Below, piece after piece: positions 41,031 to 57,520 of a stretch of 64,000 bases of DNA. Source of the DNA: the human T2T-CHM13v2.0 reference genome, Homo sapiens. Location of the stretch: NCBI RefSeq assembly GCF_009914755.1, contig NC_060935.1. One strand, written 5' to 3'. Within the stretch, counting starts at the first letter, position 1, and each line of letters begins with the position of its first letter. The notes under the pieces were generated by a model. The model saw nothing but the letters and a program-made list of their open reading frames with translations, did not search any database and was not told where the DNA came from. The position numbers and the translations under genes were made by a program.

Positions 41031-42439
41031 TGCCCCTATACTTCCTAATGGGAAGTGCCCAGTAAAGACACAGCTTTGCACTTCCAGCCCAGGCAAAGCA
41101 ATCAGCCTGCATCTTCAAGGGTTGGCTGCACTTAAGATCCGGGGTGCTGCCAGGATGTTCTTTTTGCAGTTAATTTGCTGCAACTGGCAGAGGTTAATCA
41201 TGTCCACATTCCTCAAGGCCCCTGCCAAAGCTGGCCCTTCTCACAGATGCTGGTTTAAATTAGAGGGGTTCTTAGCAGCAGACTAGATTTAGCAGTGATT
41301 AACCCCAAACTGGTCCTATTGCCTTGCCCTCCTGATGGGCAGGTGGAAGCATGCTGGGCGAGGCTGGCATCTAGCACAGGCGGTAGATGCTTGCTCTTGC
41401 CATTGCAATGAGAAAGGAGCCCATCAGCTCTCCTTCTAAGCCTGGGCTCCTACAGCAGCCAGAATGCCAGTCAGACCCATCCACGGTGCTCCACGCCTGG
41501 CCCTAGCCTTGCTCTTGCCTCTTCCTTGCTGTGCACATTCCTGCTCCACTCCACACCTTTGCCTGCCTTGTCTCTGTACCCGCAGGAGAAGCTCTACTCA
41601 TTTTTCCAGACTGTGCTCAGATTCTACCCCCCTATGCAAGTACCTCCTCAGACACCCCTGGGGAAATTCACCTTTTCTTCCCCATTCTTCTAGTTTCTCT
41701 TTGCACATAAGCCCTTTAAGGCATTGGTCATCATCTATATTGTGTTGGGGAGACTGAGTTCCAACTAAAGTGGGAGCTCCCGATGGCCAGGGATCCATGT
41801 CGTTCATCTCTGCAGCTACAGGACCTAGCATGAGCTTTGGCATCTCATTCATTCAGCAAATGTGTATTGAAGGTCACTGTACCAGGCACTATGAGAGGTA
41901 AGGGAATCACAGCTGTGGACAAGGTGTGTTCCCTAGTTTTAAGTTGTAGCCCATTGTAACACAGAGGGCTGAGCAGATTACGGTGTGGACTCTAATAGAT
42001 GCCCAGTTGAGCCTGGGTGGTTCAGGATGGCTTTTTTAAGTCATACAGAGTGAGGAATCTGAGGCTCAAAGGAGTGAAATAACTGGCCCAAGATCTCACA
42101 TCTAGTGTATGGCAGAAAAAGTGCTCAAATCCAGGCCTAAGTGCCCTTTGCACACAGCCATTTGTGGAATGGGTCCTCCTCTGTCTACACTCTCCATTCC
42201 AAGCTAGCATACTCCTTTCTGATCCTCAGACACAAAATAAACAGGTAAGGGATCAGACCCACTTGGCCAGAGACTGGGCAGCCTTGCCGCATTCTGATGC
42301 AAAAACCTGTTTTCAAGCTACTTCAAACTTTTGATGGTTCTTGAAGTCATAGAGAGGCTTTCAGCTGAATCCAAGGCAAGCGAACAGATTTCCCATCTGC
42401 AGGGTATTTTGAAACCACTCGCTTCTTACTCATGTTTCA

Positions 42440-42558
42440 TTTGTTTGTTTTTCTATTACAAAAATAATGCATACTAATTGTAGAGAATTTGGGGAGAAAT
42501 ACAAATCACCCATAATTCCACCACCCAGAAATAACCATTGTTACTATTTTGGTATATT
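42440..42558 (-). mobile_element. Old L1ME 3'-end fragment
   Basis: aaatcacccataattccaccacccagaaataaccattgttactattttggtatatt. Confidence 0.7.
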
Positions 42559-44731
42559 GAGATAGTTATTTGGGGATATTACTTAGAAATTGCTATAATA
42601 TATAATTGCTGTTTATTAATTTATGCAAATACATGAATATGATTAACTTGTATATATTTAGCTTGTTGTAAAACTTACACATTCCGGTGCCTGGAAATTT
42701 CAAAGATCTGCTGCTCCCAAAGAGAGCTCTTAAACCTAATTCTGTATGGTCCTTTTCACGTGAATAACATATATCTGTTTCCCTCCCTGTCTTCTCTACC
42801 AGTCTGTGGGCTTCAGAAGGGAACCCTGAGCCTTTCTCATCATTCCCTCTTCAGTACACAGTGCATAGCAGACACACAGCATTGGATGGAATGGATGTGT
42901 CTGTGGCCTGGGAAGGTGTCCTGGGGTCCTTCCATTTGGCTGTCTTAGGCTGAGTGGTGCTGGTTATATATTTCTAAGGACAGCTCCCCCTTCTCTACTC
43001 TAATTCCTTGTTCACTAAGGAATTAAAGTATCTTACAGCAGGAATTTGTCTTTTACTTCAAGGAATCCCTGGGTTCCAGGAAGTGCCTTGCACAATGAAA
43101 GCCCTCAATCCATGTTTGTAAAAGCCTGAATGACCGGAATAATGCCACTGTTTGGTAAATAGTGTGCATGGATTATCACCACAGCCCTATGACGTGGGTC
43201 TAAGCATATCTTTATTTATCACATGAGGAAACTGAGGCTCAGAGAAGTTAAGCAGCTTGTCCAACGTCCGTGTGTTGCTAACTGGCGAAAGCCAAATGTG
43301 TGGTCAGCCTCCATCAGCGTTCTATTTGCTTCCTTCATGGGGCTGCTTTTCAGATACCTGTCCTCAGATACCCACCTGGCGAAGGAACCTGTTGGCTCGT
43401 GCCCCTTCACTTTTCTAAGGCTGGGTGAAATACCACAAGGGTAGGGCCGCTGACAGGGAAGATCTGCCACGAGGGCGCAGCCATCTGTGTGAGCCACCTG
43501 GCCTCTGGGCCCTGACCCCGGCTCCTCCTGGGCCCCCTAGATGCTCAGTGTAGCCACTTCTCCCTCTGTGTCCTTCACCACCTATCTTTTTCACAGCTCT
43601 GTTTCCCCTCTTGTCAGCAGATCTCTCAACAAAATGTTTTCCATCACTGCTGCCTATTTTTAGCCCTTTTATCACAGTTATTTCCTTTGGTAAATAGCTT
43701 CCTGGCATGGGGTGAGCAGCCTAACTCGGGAGCCAGCAAGCACTGTGTGGATGGGGGTGTGGGTTGGGTGGGCATCTGGGGTGAGAGGGAAGAATTGAGG
43801 AGCCATGGACCAGGCCCCACTATTGGGGGCTGCTTTCTGTTCCAATGGTGGCAGCAGCAGCAGGAGCAAGATGCTCATTCATTCCATTTCAATTCGTTAA
43901 AACCATTCTTTGAGAAGGCAGCATGTGCACAGGCCTCGGAAGCAGACAATCAGCGACAGGCGCCCAAAATAGACTCAAAATCAGCAGCATTTTGTTTTGC
44001 TCAAGGCTTTTCATGCCTGCAAGGGGAGGAAAGAAAGGATCCAGAGCATTTTCTGCTTCCAAACACACATCTATTTTACAATAAGACAAATGACTCATAT
44101 TCCTCCTATTAAATCCAGCAGCGTCCCCTCCCCACCACCCCTTCTCTGAAGCCCTCGCCAGCATTTCCTTTTGTGGCTGTAAGAGAAGCAAATAGCAGTT
44201 CATGCATCTCCAGTGCAGAGTGCCTCTGCCTCCTCCGGCTCTGCCTGCGAGCTGGGCTTTTACAAGCTGAGATTTTCATAAATTAACGCTGCGCGTGCTG
44301 CTGTAGCTGCTGTAATGGCTTTCCAGAAGGTGCTGTGAGCCAGGCCCTGCTGGAGAGAAATGAGCCAGTGATTTGCTAGTAGAAGGCTCTTGGCCACAGT
44401 CAGAGGTTAAGCCAGGCAGTTGCAGATGTCCTGGGCTGCTCTCTGAGTGCAGCCTGATGTCACTGAGCCTCTAGAAGGGACATCGACTTGGGAGATTCAC
44501 TGGTGACCAAGGAGGCCACACATGCAGGGGGTGAGTCCCAGTGGGAGAATGGGATGCCTGGACTCCAGTTCTGGCCCTGCTCTGTGGTGACATTGTGACA
44601 TTGTCCAGCCACCATGCCCTGGAGGTCAGTTCCTCCTAGTATACACTCTGAGTACACTAATACCTCCCATTTGTAGTACTTACAAAATGGGAATTTAACA
44701 CTTATTTGTGCAATATGTTGACCATCTAGGT

Positions 44732-44909
44732 CAGGGGTCTGCATATTTTGGCTTGTGTGCCAAATCTGGCCATAGCATTGATTATACATTATCTATGGTT
44801 GTTTTTTGCACTACAGGGCAGGGTTGAGCAGTTGTCATGCAGAGCGGATGACCCTAAAGCCTAAAATATCTACCCTCTGGCTCTCGACAGGAAAGGTTTG
44901 CTACCTTTG
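44732..44909 (+). mobile_element. MER58A hAT-Charlie MITE
   Basis: caggggtc..aaagcctaaaatatctaccctctgg..aaaggtttgctacctttg; TSD atctaggt/gtctaagt. Confidence 0.85.
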
Positions 44910-45189
44910 GTCTAAGTGGTGAGTCCCAGGAGAGCAGAAACCCCTCTGAGAGGTTTAGGGACATGTTCACACACCCAAGATTACTCAGCTAGTAAGTGGC
45001 CTAGATGTAAATGTGTGTGTGTGTAAGTTTCAACATCCAGGACTATCAGGGAAGTGATCAGTGCAATGTGTACAAGTAGAGCCAGAATTTGACAAAAAAA
45101 GAAATCTCTCCCAAGAATAAAAGCCATATGATGTGTACGTAGGTGGGTAAGCTCAGTGCCTGACTTAATGTTTCTGAGCAAGGAGTCTA

Positions 45190-45780
45190 TTCAGGCAGAC
45201 TGTCCACCACTTCTGAGCCGTGTGGCCTTGGGAAAGTTTTTAACCTCTCTAAGCCTCAGCTGTCTCAATTGTCAAATGGATATAATAAGACTTATTTTGC
45301 AGGACTATTATGAGAATTCAGCATGATAATTTAAGTAAATGCTTAACATGGTTCCTGGCAAATATTAAGGATTCTCTCCCAGGCCTGGTTCCCTTCATTG
45401 GTTCCCACTGCTAGTGACAAGCCCTTCCTTGGTCTTCGTCTATCTGCCCTTCATAACACAGCTCAAGCAGCTGGACAGAGACGGAGAAAGGGCCCTGACA
45501 GTCATGGGTGGCAGCTGATTATAGAGGTTGAAGTGTTTTAGAATCACTAGACCTAAGTTCAAATCTTGACCCTACTACTCACTGAATCAGATCATCTTGA
45601 ATATGTTGATTTACCTTTCCAAGCCTTGCTTTCCTCCTCTGGAAGATAGGAAGGAAATAGACACTTCGTTGTAAGGCAATAAGAAAGAGTAAATGCAATG
45701 ATATGTGTTAGGTATTTAGAGCAGAACCTGGAATTCAGTAAGTGTACATAGTAAGCACCCAATAAATGTTAGTTGTTATT
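45190..45780 (+). mobile_element. Two MIR SINEs (about 45190-45370 and 45520-45780)
   Basis: tgtggccttgggaaagttttaacctctctaagcctcag-like core and agacctaagttcaaatcttg..aataaatgttagttgttatt. Confidence 0.75.
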
Positions 45781-46383
45781 CCCCTCCTACATGACCTGGT
45801 CTAGGTAGATTCTAGCTTTTCTGGAATTCTCATGGGAATGATTGGCTTTGAGCATCTCTAGGCCCCTCTTGGACACCACCTTGGAGACAAGAGGCTCTGA
45901 GAAGGCCTCTGTCCTGTCTCACTTAAGTGGAAAGTACTATAAAACCCAGAGGCCCAGCACGTTAAACCAGCCCAGCTATGATCCTGGCATGGGGACCAAA
46001 CAGTCTTTGAAAATATGTGTTTTCCTAGATAAAACCTCCAATTGGACAATTGTATCTTTTGGCCTTATGCAGACTTTATGACTTTGAAAGCTGTTAAACG
46101 GAAAGCTCTATGAATGGGATATATTTATTTCTGTGGCACTCTGACTGGTGCTGTTGACCCAACCGGGGGGTGGGGCTTCCAGGGCTCGCTAATTTCTCTT
46201 TGCCAGGTGGCTGTTACTGTGCCTGTACCCTCGGAGAGCCACAGCCAGTTGTCACCGAAACCCAGATGAAGGGCTTCTGGCTGCCTAAAAGATTGTCCTG
46301 TAGCCAGATTGATTTCCCAGGAAAAGAACATGGTGCTTGGGAATTTCTCTGGGAAGTATCACATTTTTCTTTCTTTTTTTTTT

Positions 46384-46659
46384 AATTTATGAAGAAGACA
46401 TTTATATTTTACAGTTATGGGGGCTGAGAAGTCCAAGATCAAGGGGCCCCATTTGGACTCTATGAAAAGTCCAAAGGTAGCTCAAGGCATTACATGGGGA
46501 GGGCCTGAGTGTGCTTGCTCAGGTCTCTCTTCCTCTTCTTGCAAAGCACCAGTCCCACTCCCATGATAACCCATTAATCCATGAATCTCTCAATACTGCC
46601 ACATTGGGGGTTAAATTTCAACATGAGTTTTGCAGGGAATGAATATTCAAACCATAGCA
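46384..46659 (-). mobile_element. MST-family MaLR LTR, 3'-truncated just after its polyA signal (inside the putative transduction)
   Basis: 5' end tgctatggtttgaat (46659); ggctgagaagtccaagatcaagggg; U5 absent and replaced by poly(A). Confidence 0.8.
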
Positions 46660-46712
46660 GCTACCATTTATTGAGTGTTTATTGTGTACCAGGCACTATC
46701 TTAGGCAATTTG

Positions 46713-47400
46713 ATTTATTTTCTTGTCAGTCAGCATTTCAGCTGTTTCCACTTTTTTGCTATTATGGGGAGTACCGCATAGACCTTCTTGAACATTGTCT
46801 TCATGGGCATGTGAACAAGATTTTCTCTTGGGAACACACTTAGGAGTAAAACTGCTGAGTAGAAGGTATGTGAATGTTCAACTTTACCAGCAATGCAAAA
46901 TTATTTTTCAAAGTGACTGTAATAATTTATCCTCCCACAAGAATGTGTAAGCCTACTTATAGGATACTCATCCTATCCTACATTTGGTTCTTATTTTTCC
47001 TAAGCTGATGAATACAAAATAGCATTTTGGCTGGATGTGTATTTCTCTGATTACTAACAAGGTGGATAATCTCTTCTTATATTAATTGGCCACATGTGTC
47101 TCCTTTTCTGTGAGATGTCTGTTCATGTCTTTTACCCAGTTTCCCATTGAATTGTTTGCTTTATCTTGTCGATTTGTAGGAGTTCCTTATATTTTGTATA
47201 CTAATCTGTAGGTTGTTATATAATTGCAAGTATCTTCTTCCTGCATGTGACTTGGTTTTTTTACTTTCTTTAAAGTATTCTTAGCATAAGTTCTTGGTTT
47301 TAATGGCGTTGACTTATCAATCTCCTCTTTAACGATTAGCACTCTTTGTATCTTGTTTAACAAATTTCTCTGAATCTCCTTTAATTTCTTTTGAAAGTTT
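46713..47400 (-). mobile_element. Old L1M fragment (inside the putative transduction), preceded by a MIR tail at 46660-46712
   Basis: gtttccacttttttgctattatg..atttctctgattactaa..ttttctgtgagatgtctgttcatgtcttttaccc. Confidence 0.75.
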
Positions 47401-47621
47401 AAATTTAAGGTTTTTTTTATTATTATACTTTAAGTTTTAGGGTACATGAGCACAACGTGCAGGTTTGTTACATATGTATACATGTGCCATGTTGGTGTGC
47501 TGCACCCGTTAACTCGTCATTTAACATTAGGTACATCTAATGCTATCCCTCCCCTCTCCCCCACCCCACAACAGGCCCCAGTGTGTGATGTTCCCCTTCC
47601 TGTGTCCATGTGTCTCATTGT

Positions 47622-51457
<3,836 letters not shown>

Positions 51458-51520
51458 TATGATATTAGCTGGTTATTTTGCTCCTTAGTGGATGCAGTTT
51501 CTTCCTAGCCTTGATGGTCT

Positions 51521-52537
51521 TTACAATTTGGCGTGTTTTTGCAGTGGCTGGTACCGGTTGTTCCTTTCCATGTTTAGTGCTTCCTTCAGGAGCTCTTTTA
51601 GGGCAGGCCTGGTGGTGACAAAATCTCTCAACATTTGCTTGTCTGTAAAGGATTTTATTTCTCCTTCACTTATGAAGCTTAGTTTGGTTGGATATGAAAT
51701 TCTGGGTTGAAAATTCTTTTCTTTAAGAATGTTGAATAATTGGCCCCCACTTTCTTCTTGCTTGTAGAGTTTCTACTAAGAGATCAGCTGTTAGTCTGAT
51801 GGGCTTCCCTTTGTGGGTAACCCAACCTTTCTCTCTGGCTGCCCGTAACATTTTTTCTTTCATTTCAACTTTGGTGAACCTGACAATTATGTGTCTTGGG
51901 GTTGTTCTTCTCGAGGAGTATGTTTGTGGCATTCTCTGTATTTCCTGAATTTGAATATTGGCCTGCCTTGCTAGATTGGGGAAGTTCTCCTGGATAATAT
52001 CCTGCAGAGTGTTTTCCAACTTTGTTCCATTCTCTCCGTCAGTTTCAGGTACACCAATCAGATGTAGATTTGGTGTTTTCACATAGTCCCATATTTGTTG
52101 GAGGCTTTATTCGTTTCTTCTTATTCTTTTTTCTCTAAACTTCTCTTCTCACTTCATTTCATTCATTTATCTTCCATCACTGATACCCTTTCTTCCAGTT
52201 GATTGAATCAGCTACTGCGGCTTGTGCATTCGTCGCATAGTTCTTGTGCCATGGTTTTCAGCTCCATGAGGTCCTTTAAGGACTTTTCTGCATTGGTTAT
52301 TCTAGTTAGCCATTTTTCTAATTTTTTTTCAAGGTTTTTAACTTCTTTGCCATGGGTTCGAACTTCCTCCTTTAGCTCAGAGTAGTTTGATCGTCTGAAG
52401 CCTTCTTTTCTCAACTCATCAAAGTCATTCTCCGTCCAGCTTTGTTCCGTTGCTGGTGAGGAGCTGCGTTCCTTTGTAGGAGGAGAGGTGCTCTGATTTT
52501 TAGAGTTTCCAGTTTTTCTGCTCTGTTTTTTCCCCAT
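51521..52537 (-). pseudogene. L1 ORF1 (disrupted)
   Basis: split into 52208-52537 and 51723-52082 pieces by stops or frameshifts. Confidence 0.92.
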
Positions 52538-53111
52538 CTTTGTGGTTTTATCTACCTTTGGTCTTTGATGATGGTGACGTACATATGGGGTTTTGTTGTG
52601 GATGTCCTTTCTGTTTGTTAGTTTTCCTTCTAACAGTCAGGACCCTCAGCTGCAGGTCTGTTGGAGTTTGCTGGAGGTCCACTCCAGACCCTGTTTGCCT
52701 GGGTATCAGCAGCAGAGGCTGCAGAACAGCGAATATTGCAGAACAGCAAATGTTGCTGCCTGATCGTTCCTCTGGAAGTTTTGTCTCAGAGGAGTACGCA
52801 GCCGTGTAAGGGTCAGTCTGCCCCTACTGGGGGGTGCCTCCCAGTTAGGCTACTTGGGGGTCAGGGACCCACTTGAGGAGGCAGTCTGTCTGTTCTCAGA
52901 TCTCCAGCTGCGTGCTGTGGGAACCACTACTCTCTTCAAAGCTGTCAGTCGGGGACATTTAAGTCTGCAGAGGTTTCTGCTGCCTTTTGTTTGGCTATGC
53001 CCTGCCCCCAGAGGTGGAGTCTACAGAGGCAGGCAGGCCTCCTTGAGCTGAGGTGGGCTCCACCCAGTTCGAGCTTCGCGGCCGCTTTGTTTACCTACTC
53101 AAGCCTCAGCA

Positions 53112-53438
53112 ATGGTGGACACCCCTCCCCCAGCCTTGCTGCCGCCTTGCAGTTTGATCTCAGATTGCTGTGCTAGCAATGAGCAAGGCTCTGTGGGCAT
53201 AGGACCCTCCGAGCCAGGTGCAGGATATAATTTCTTGGTGTGCCGTTTGCTAAGACCATTGGAAAAGCACAGTATTAGGGTGGGAGTGACCCAGTTTTCC
53301 AGGTGCTGCCTGTCACCCCTTTCTTTGACTAGGAAAGGGAATTCCCTGACCCCTTGCACATCCCGGGTGAGGCGATGCCTTGCCCTGCTTCAGCTCACGC
53401 TCAGTGAGCTGCCCCACTGTCCTGTACCCAGTGTCTGA
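53112..53438 (+). CDS. L1 antisense ORF0 homologue, open, 108 aa (expression unknown)
   Basis: PPCSLISDCCASN..SVG.GPSEPG.GY..EK.SIRVGVT.FSRC matches primate L1 ORF0; context GCAATGG. Confidence 0.55.
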   Translation: MVDTPPPALLPPCSLISDCCASNEQGSVGIGPSEPGAGYNFLVCRLLRPLEKHSIRVGVTQFSRCCLSPLSLTRKGNSLTPCTSRVRRCLALLQLTLSELPHCPVPSV

Positions 53439-54014
53439 CACTCCTCAGTGAGATGAACCTGGTACTTCAGTTGGAAACGCAGAAATCACCCATCTTCTGC
53501 GTCGCTCATGCTAGGAACTGTAGACTGGAGCTGTTCCTATTCAGCCACCTTGGCTCCCAGCTCCACATTTTTCTCTAAAAGATTGAGAGTTCATTTTATC
53601 AGGGCTTTTTGGTCCTCATAGAAAACTCTTATGGTCTGGGTTGAAAGCATCTGACTTCAAGGGTTAATTCATGGCTGATGAACATTTTCTTTGGGTACCC
53701 AATCCCAAGAGCTCTTCTGAAAGTAAGCAATGGAGCTACAAAGACATTTCCAGACCAAAGTCACAATGAGACTGACTGCACACAGAAAATATGTTAATTA
53801 GGATAACACAAGCTTCTATAACAAGAAGGTACCACAATGTATAAAGGCACCAACACAATAGAAATTTAGTTCTCATCCACATTTTAGTCCAAGGCTAACA
53901 TTTCTAGCCAGTGGATAGCTCTTCTCCACCCAATGATTCAGGAATCCAGCCTTGAGGCCATAAAAAATTAAATGTGATATGCAAATAGAGTGCCATTGGG
54001 TCTAGTACCTGGTC

Positions 54015-54122
54015 AACCATGAGGGCTGTCACCATCTTTGTCTGCAAATCTCTTGCCCTTAGATCAGTGTCTAGCATGTAATAGGTGCTCAGTAAATGTT
54101 TGTGAAAGAAATGAATGAATGA
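54015..54122 (+). mobile_element. L2 3' terminus
   Basis: cagtgtctagcatgtaataggtgctcagtaaatgtttgtgaaagaaatgaatgaatg. Confidence 0.8.
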
Positions 54123-56109
54123 TTATCCTACTAGTTCTATTCCTTTCTTCCCTGACTTGGGTCACCTGACAGAAAAGCCAAATTCCTGGTCAACTATTTC
54201 GGGCCAGTTCAAAGGTACATCTGTTGACCCCAGAGTCCACTGGTTAGTCAAATGTTCCTCCTCCTGCTCCCACAAAATTCTGAATTAGTTACTCATCCAT
54301 TTTACAAATTGATTTCATTACAGAGAAATTTAAAATTATATAAATTTGGGAGTATCCAAAACAATCTGGTGTATGGATATTTTACCCAAGGATCTCTGAT
54401 TAGAGTTTCCCTTAGAGGGCATCTAGGCCCATAGATGCAAAAATGACCCAGCTTGTGAGCCAACCCACTTGACAGTGGCTTCCTGAAGATGAATTCTGAC
54501 GGCAAGCATGCTGTGATTGATTAGTAATGTCTGCCATAGGCAGAGAAAAGGAAGATGATAAACAAAGTCCTGTGTAACCTGCTAGACCCTATCAAGTCTA
54601 AGATCCTCATATTTATAGGGCTGAGGTTCAAACAGAAGAAGTGGTACACAACTACCATTGGAGACATAGGTTGGAGGGCCTAGAAGATCACTGGAGGCAG
54701 AATGAAAAAGGATAGAAAATGGTGGAAGACCTGCTGGAAAATTCTCTTAGAAATAAAGAATTTAAGAGAGCTAACTGCTAGGAACAAGCCAACAATGGTA
54801 GCTATCTCTAAGAAAAAAGAAAGGAGTCAGAGCATGGGGTGTGATGTGGTTTGGAATCTTGCTGGGCTTGGTCAGCCTCATTTGTGCCAGGTTAGAGGGG
54901 GAAAAAGAAGCCTGCTGTCCTTGCCCATGTTTCTTTCTGCATATCATAAGGTAGTTTCATGAACTCAATGGGCAATTGGTAGATGGCTGGGGTTCTCCTA
55001 GGCCTCTGGGATGCCTCCCATGGAGATCTGGGCACAGAGGGCACCGTCCAGCCCCTGAGCACCATGACTCACCATACCTGGTCCTTCCTCTGTGCCTCCT
55101 CTGTGCTGGTTCCTGGGTGTCCAGAGACATTGAATCACGGCCCTCAACCCAGGTGAGCTCACAGTCTAGAGGGAGACAGAGAAGTCCTGTATTTCTTGGA
55201 TCCTAAGATGATATGGTTACAAAACAGTTTATCAATTTAATGACAGAATTTCAGGAAGACAAAAAAACAAACAAAAAACCAACCAACCAATCAAACGAAC
55301 AAACAAAAAAAACCTCCCAGCTTAACCAGAGGCAGATTGTAGGAGCTATCCTGACTTTACCAAAGGAAAAATGGGACCACCTGCATGATTTTTAATCAAG
55401 GAAATAAATTCAATCAGTGGTTACAATTCAGAGTGATCTGTGCTGTGATGTGGAGAGTGCTGGGGAAGGTGTGGTTGATTCTGCCTTGGAAGGGAGGTCA
55501 GGAAGGTCAGGGCCCTGGAAAAAGGACATTTGAGGAGGAGTACGCCAGGCTGACAAAGCGGGAAAGGGATTCCCAGCAGTGGGAATGGCATGGTCAAAGG
55601 AACAGGGCATATCCATATCCACAATAGCAAGAGCATGTGTAGGTGAGCCTGGATAGACAGCATGCAAATGGTGAAGGGCCTCTATGTATCTAGAGCAGCA
55701 GGTGGGAAGTGAGGCTCCAGCCAAGAGAGAGCCACAGCCCCTTTCAGAATGGGGGCCTAGAAGCCGATCAGCCATCACAGCTCCATCTCCTTCAGCTGCT
55801 CCCAGCGTGGGAGCACAGATGCTTGGTAACCAAGGGATGGTCTATTTAAAGCCACCTGTAAGTTGGTTCCAGAAGGCACACTGTAGGGTAGAGAAGGAGA
55901 GAGGGAAGGGGAATGTCAGGAGGAAGAAGCATCCAAGAGGGCACAGGAGGCGGGATTCCAGCCTAGGCTCAGCCCTGAGCTCACCGTGGGGCCTGGGGCA
56001 AGTTCCTGCCTCTCTCTGTGCCTCAACTTCCTCAGTCTTGTGTAGTGGTGAATTGTGTAGGCTCAGGAACCAGCTGTGTGGGTCCCAGGCTAGGCTTCCT
56101 CGCTTGTGA

Positions 56110-56285
56110 TCTGCGAGCATTGGTCAAATTACTTAACCACTGTGCCGACGTTTTCTCCTCTGTAAAACTGAGATAATAATAGTACCTAGCTTTTAGAGCT
56201 GCTGCGAGGATTAGATGAGGTAATGCATGTAAAGCATTTATAACGGTTCCTGGCACACACTAAACACTCAAAATCAGCTATTTTT
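56110..56285 (+). mobile_element. MIR SINE
   Basis: ctctgtaaaactgagataataatagtacct..gaggattagatgaggtaatgcatgtaaagca. Confidence 0.85.
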
Positions 56286-56319
56286 AAAATTATGATACGA
56301 TGATGGTGTTGGACTAGCT

Positions 56320-56540
56320 TAGGGGGTTTTAAACCTTAAACCTTGGAATCTTTCTCCTAACAGATTTGGAACTTCAGTGGGTGAAAAAGGTCACATTGAG
56401 CTCTTCTGGCTGGAAGGTGGAGACCCTGAGCCTTGCCACTTTAGCATCCCCCTTACCCAGGACTGCCTCCCAGCTCCCCGCACCCCAGGCACCTCTGCAG
56501 AACCTTTAAGCTCCAGGAAACCCAGATTAAAAGCAATTGT
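56320..56540. mobile_element. Old hAT relic (MER112/117-like) inserted in a MIR3-like tail
   Basis: gttggactag before and gatctctgaggtcc after; interior gcacctctgcagaacctttaagctcc. Confidence 0.4.
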
Positions 56541-56790
56541 CCCAGAGGATCTCTGAGGTCCTTTTCGGTTGCTCCTTTTAATCCAATTCTTGCTTCAGAA
56601 GCTTGAGTTTATATCTGGAAAAGCTGTCTTTTACAGCTCAAAATCCATTTTCCAAAAGCATCAACTGAGCCAGGCCCTGGGGGACAGTGTGGTAAAGGCA
56701 AACCAGGGCAGATATGGAGAAGTGAGGAAGGTATTTGAGCAACAATCCTGACTGCAAAAGCTCACAAACAACCAAATACCACCATTATGG

Positions 56791-57520
56791 TTTTTTCTTT
56801 AAGTCAATACATTTTTATTTAAGGAATTTTACATGTTGTCATTCGTTCCACTGCCCATCAGGGTCATCTTAGTTCCTCCAAATCTTGAGTCAAGATTTAT
56901 CTTCAAGATAGGCCTTTCTAGAGATTCATGCTGAATCCACAGTCCTTCTGTCCATCTTAGTTGGGCTTCTTTTGTCTCCACTTCAATACAGACATACTGA
57001 TGAAATACTTTAAAAACTTCCTATACAGAATCTTTAGGGTCTAATTCTTCAAATAATTCACTTTAGGGCCCTAGCAGTTGAATTGTAGAAAGCATATTGT
57101 TATTTTGGCTAATGAGCAAAAATGCATTATTCTTTAATATTTTTCTAATGTTGAGGTTGTGTTGCATCCCATTTTCACTCGTGACCTTAGCAGAAATGTT
57201 ACAGGTCTCATTGTCACCACTGCGATGTGTTTGCTGTGAATGGAAACATAGCTTGTTTCTCAATGTAGCCCCATTAACAATCTCTGGATCGCATGATCAA
57301 CAGTGCCTATTCTCTTTGAGAATGGGGCATCACCTTCACAGTTCTTAGGATAAGCTATGCATATGTGACTGCCTTCATTTGTCACGGTCCAGGATAGTTT
57401 CTCATTCTTTTTTGTCTAGATGGTCAGGCACTGTCATTGCCCTTTGTGCAGTGTGCCATGGTTGTCTCTTCTCTACTTAGGAACAGTCTTATTTCCTCAC
57501 CTCTAACCTGAGAATAGCAG
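56791..57520 (-). pseudogene. Processed-pseudogene-like 3' segment, parent gene not recognised
   Basis: minus strand: ~155-codon frame (about 57296 to 56829) with only two internal stops, TAA at 56829-56831, AATAAA at 56814-56819, A-tail at 56791-56800. Confidence 0.6.

Noticed and set aside
47390-47420. TSD at the L1's own 3' end
   Set aside because: aaatttaagg before the T-tract does not match the sequence after 53563; the match is at 46360
54420-54545. Possible ancient mammalian repeat (MamRep-like)
   Set aside because: Resemblance is from memory only and too weak to name or bound
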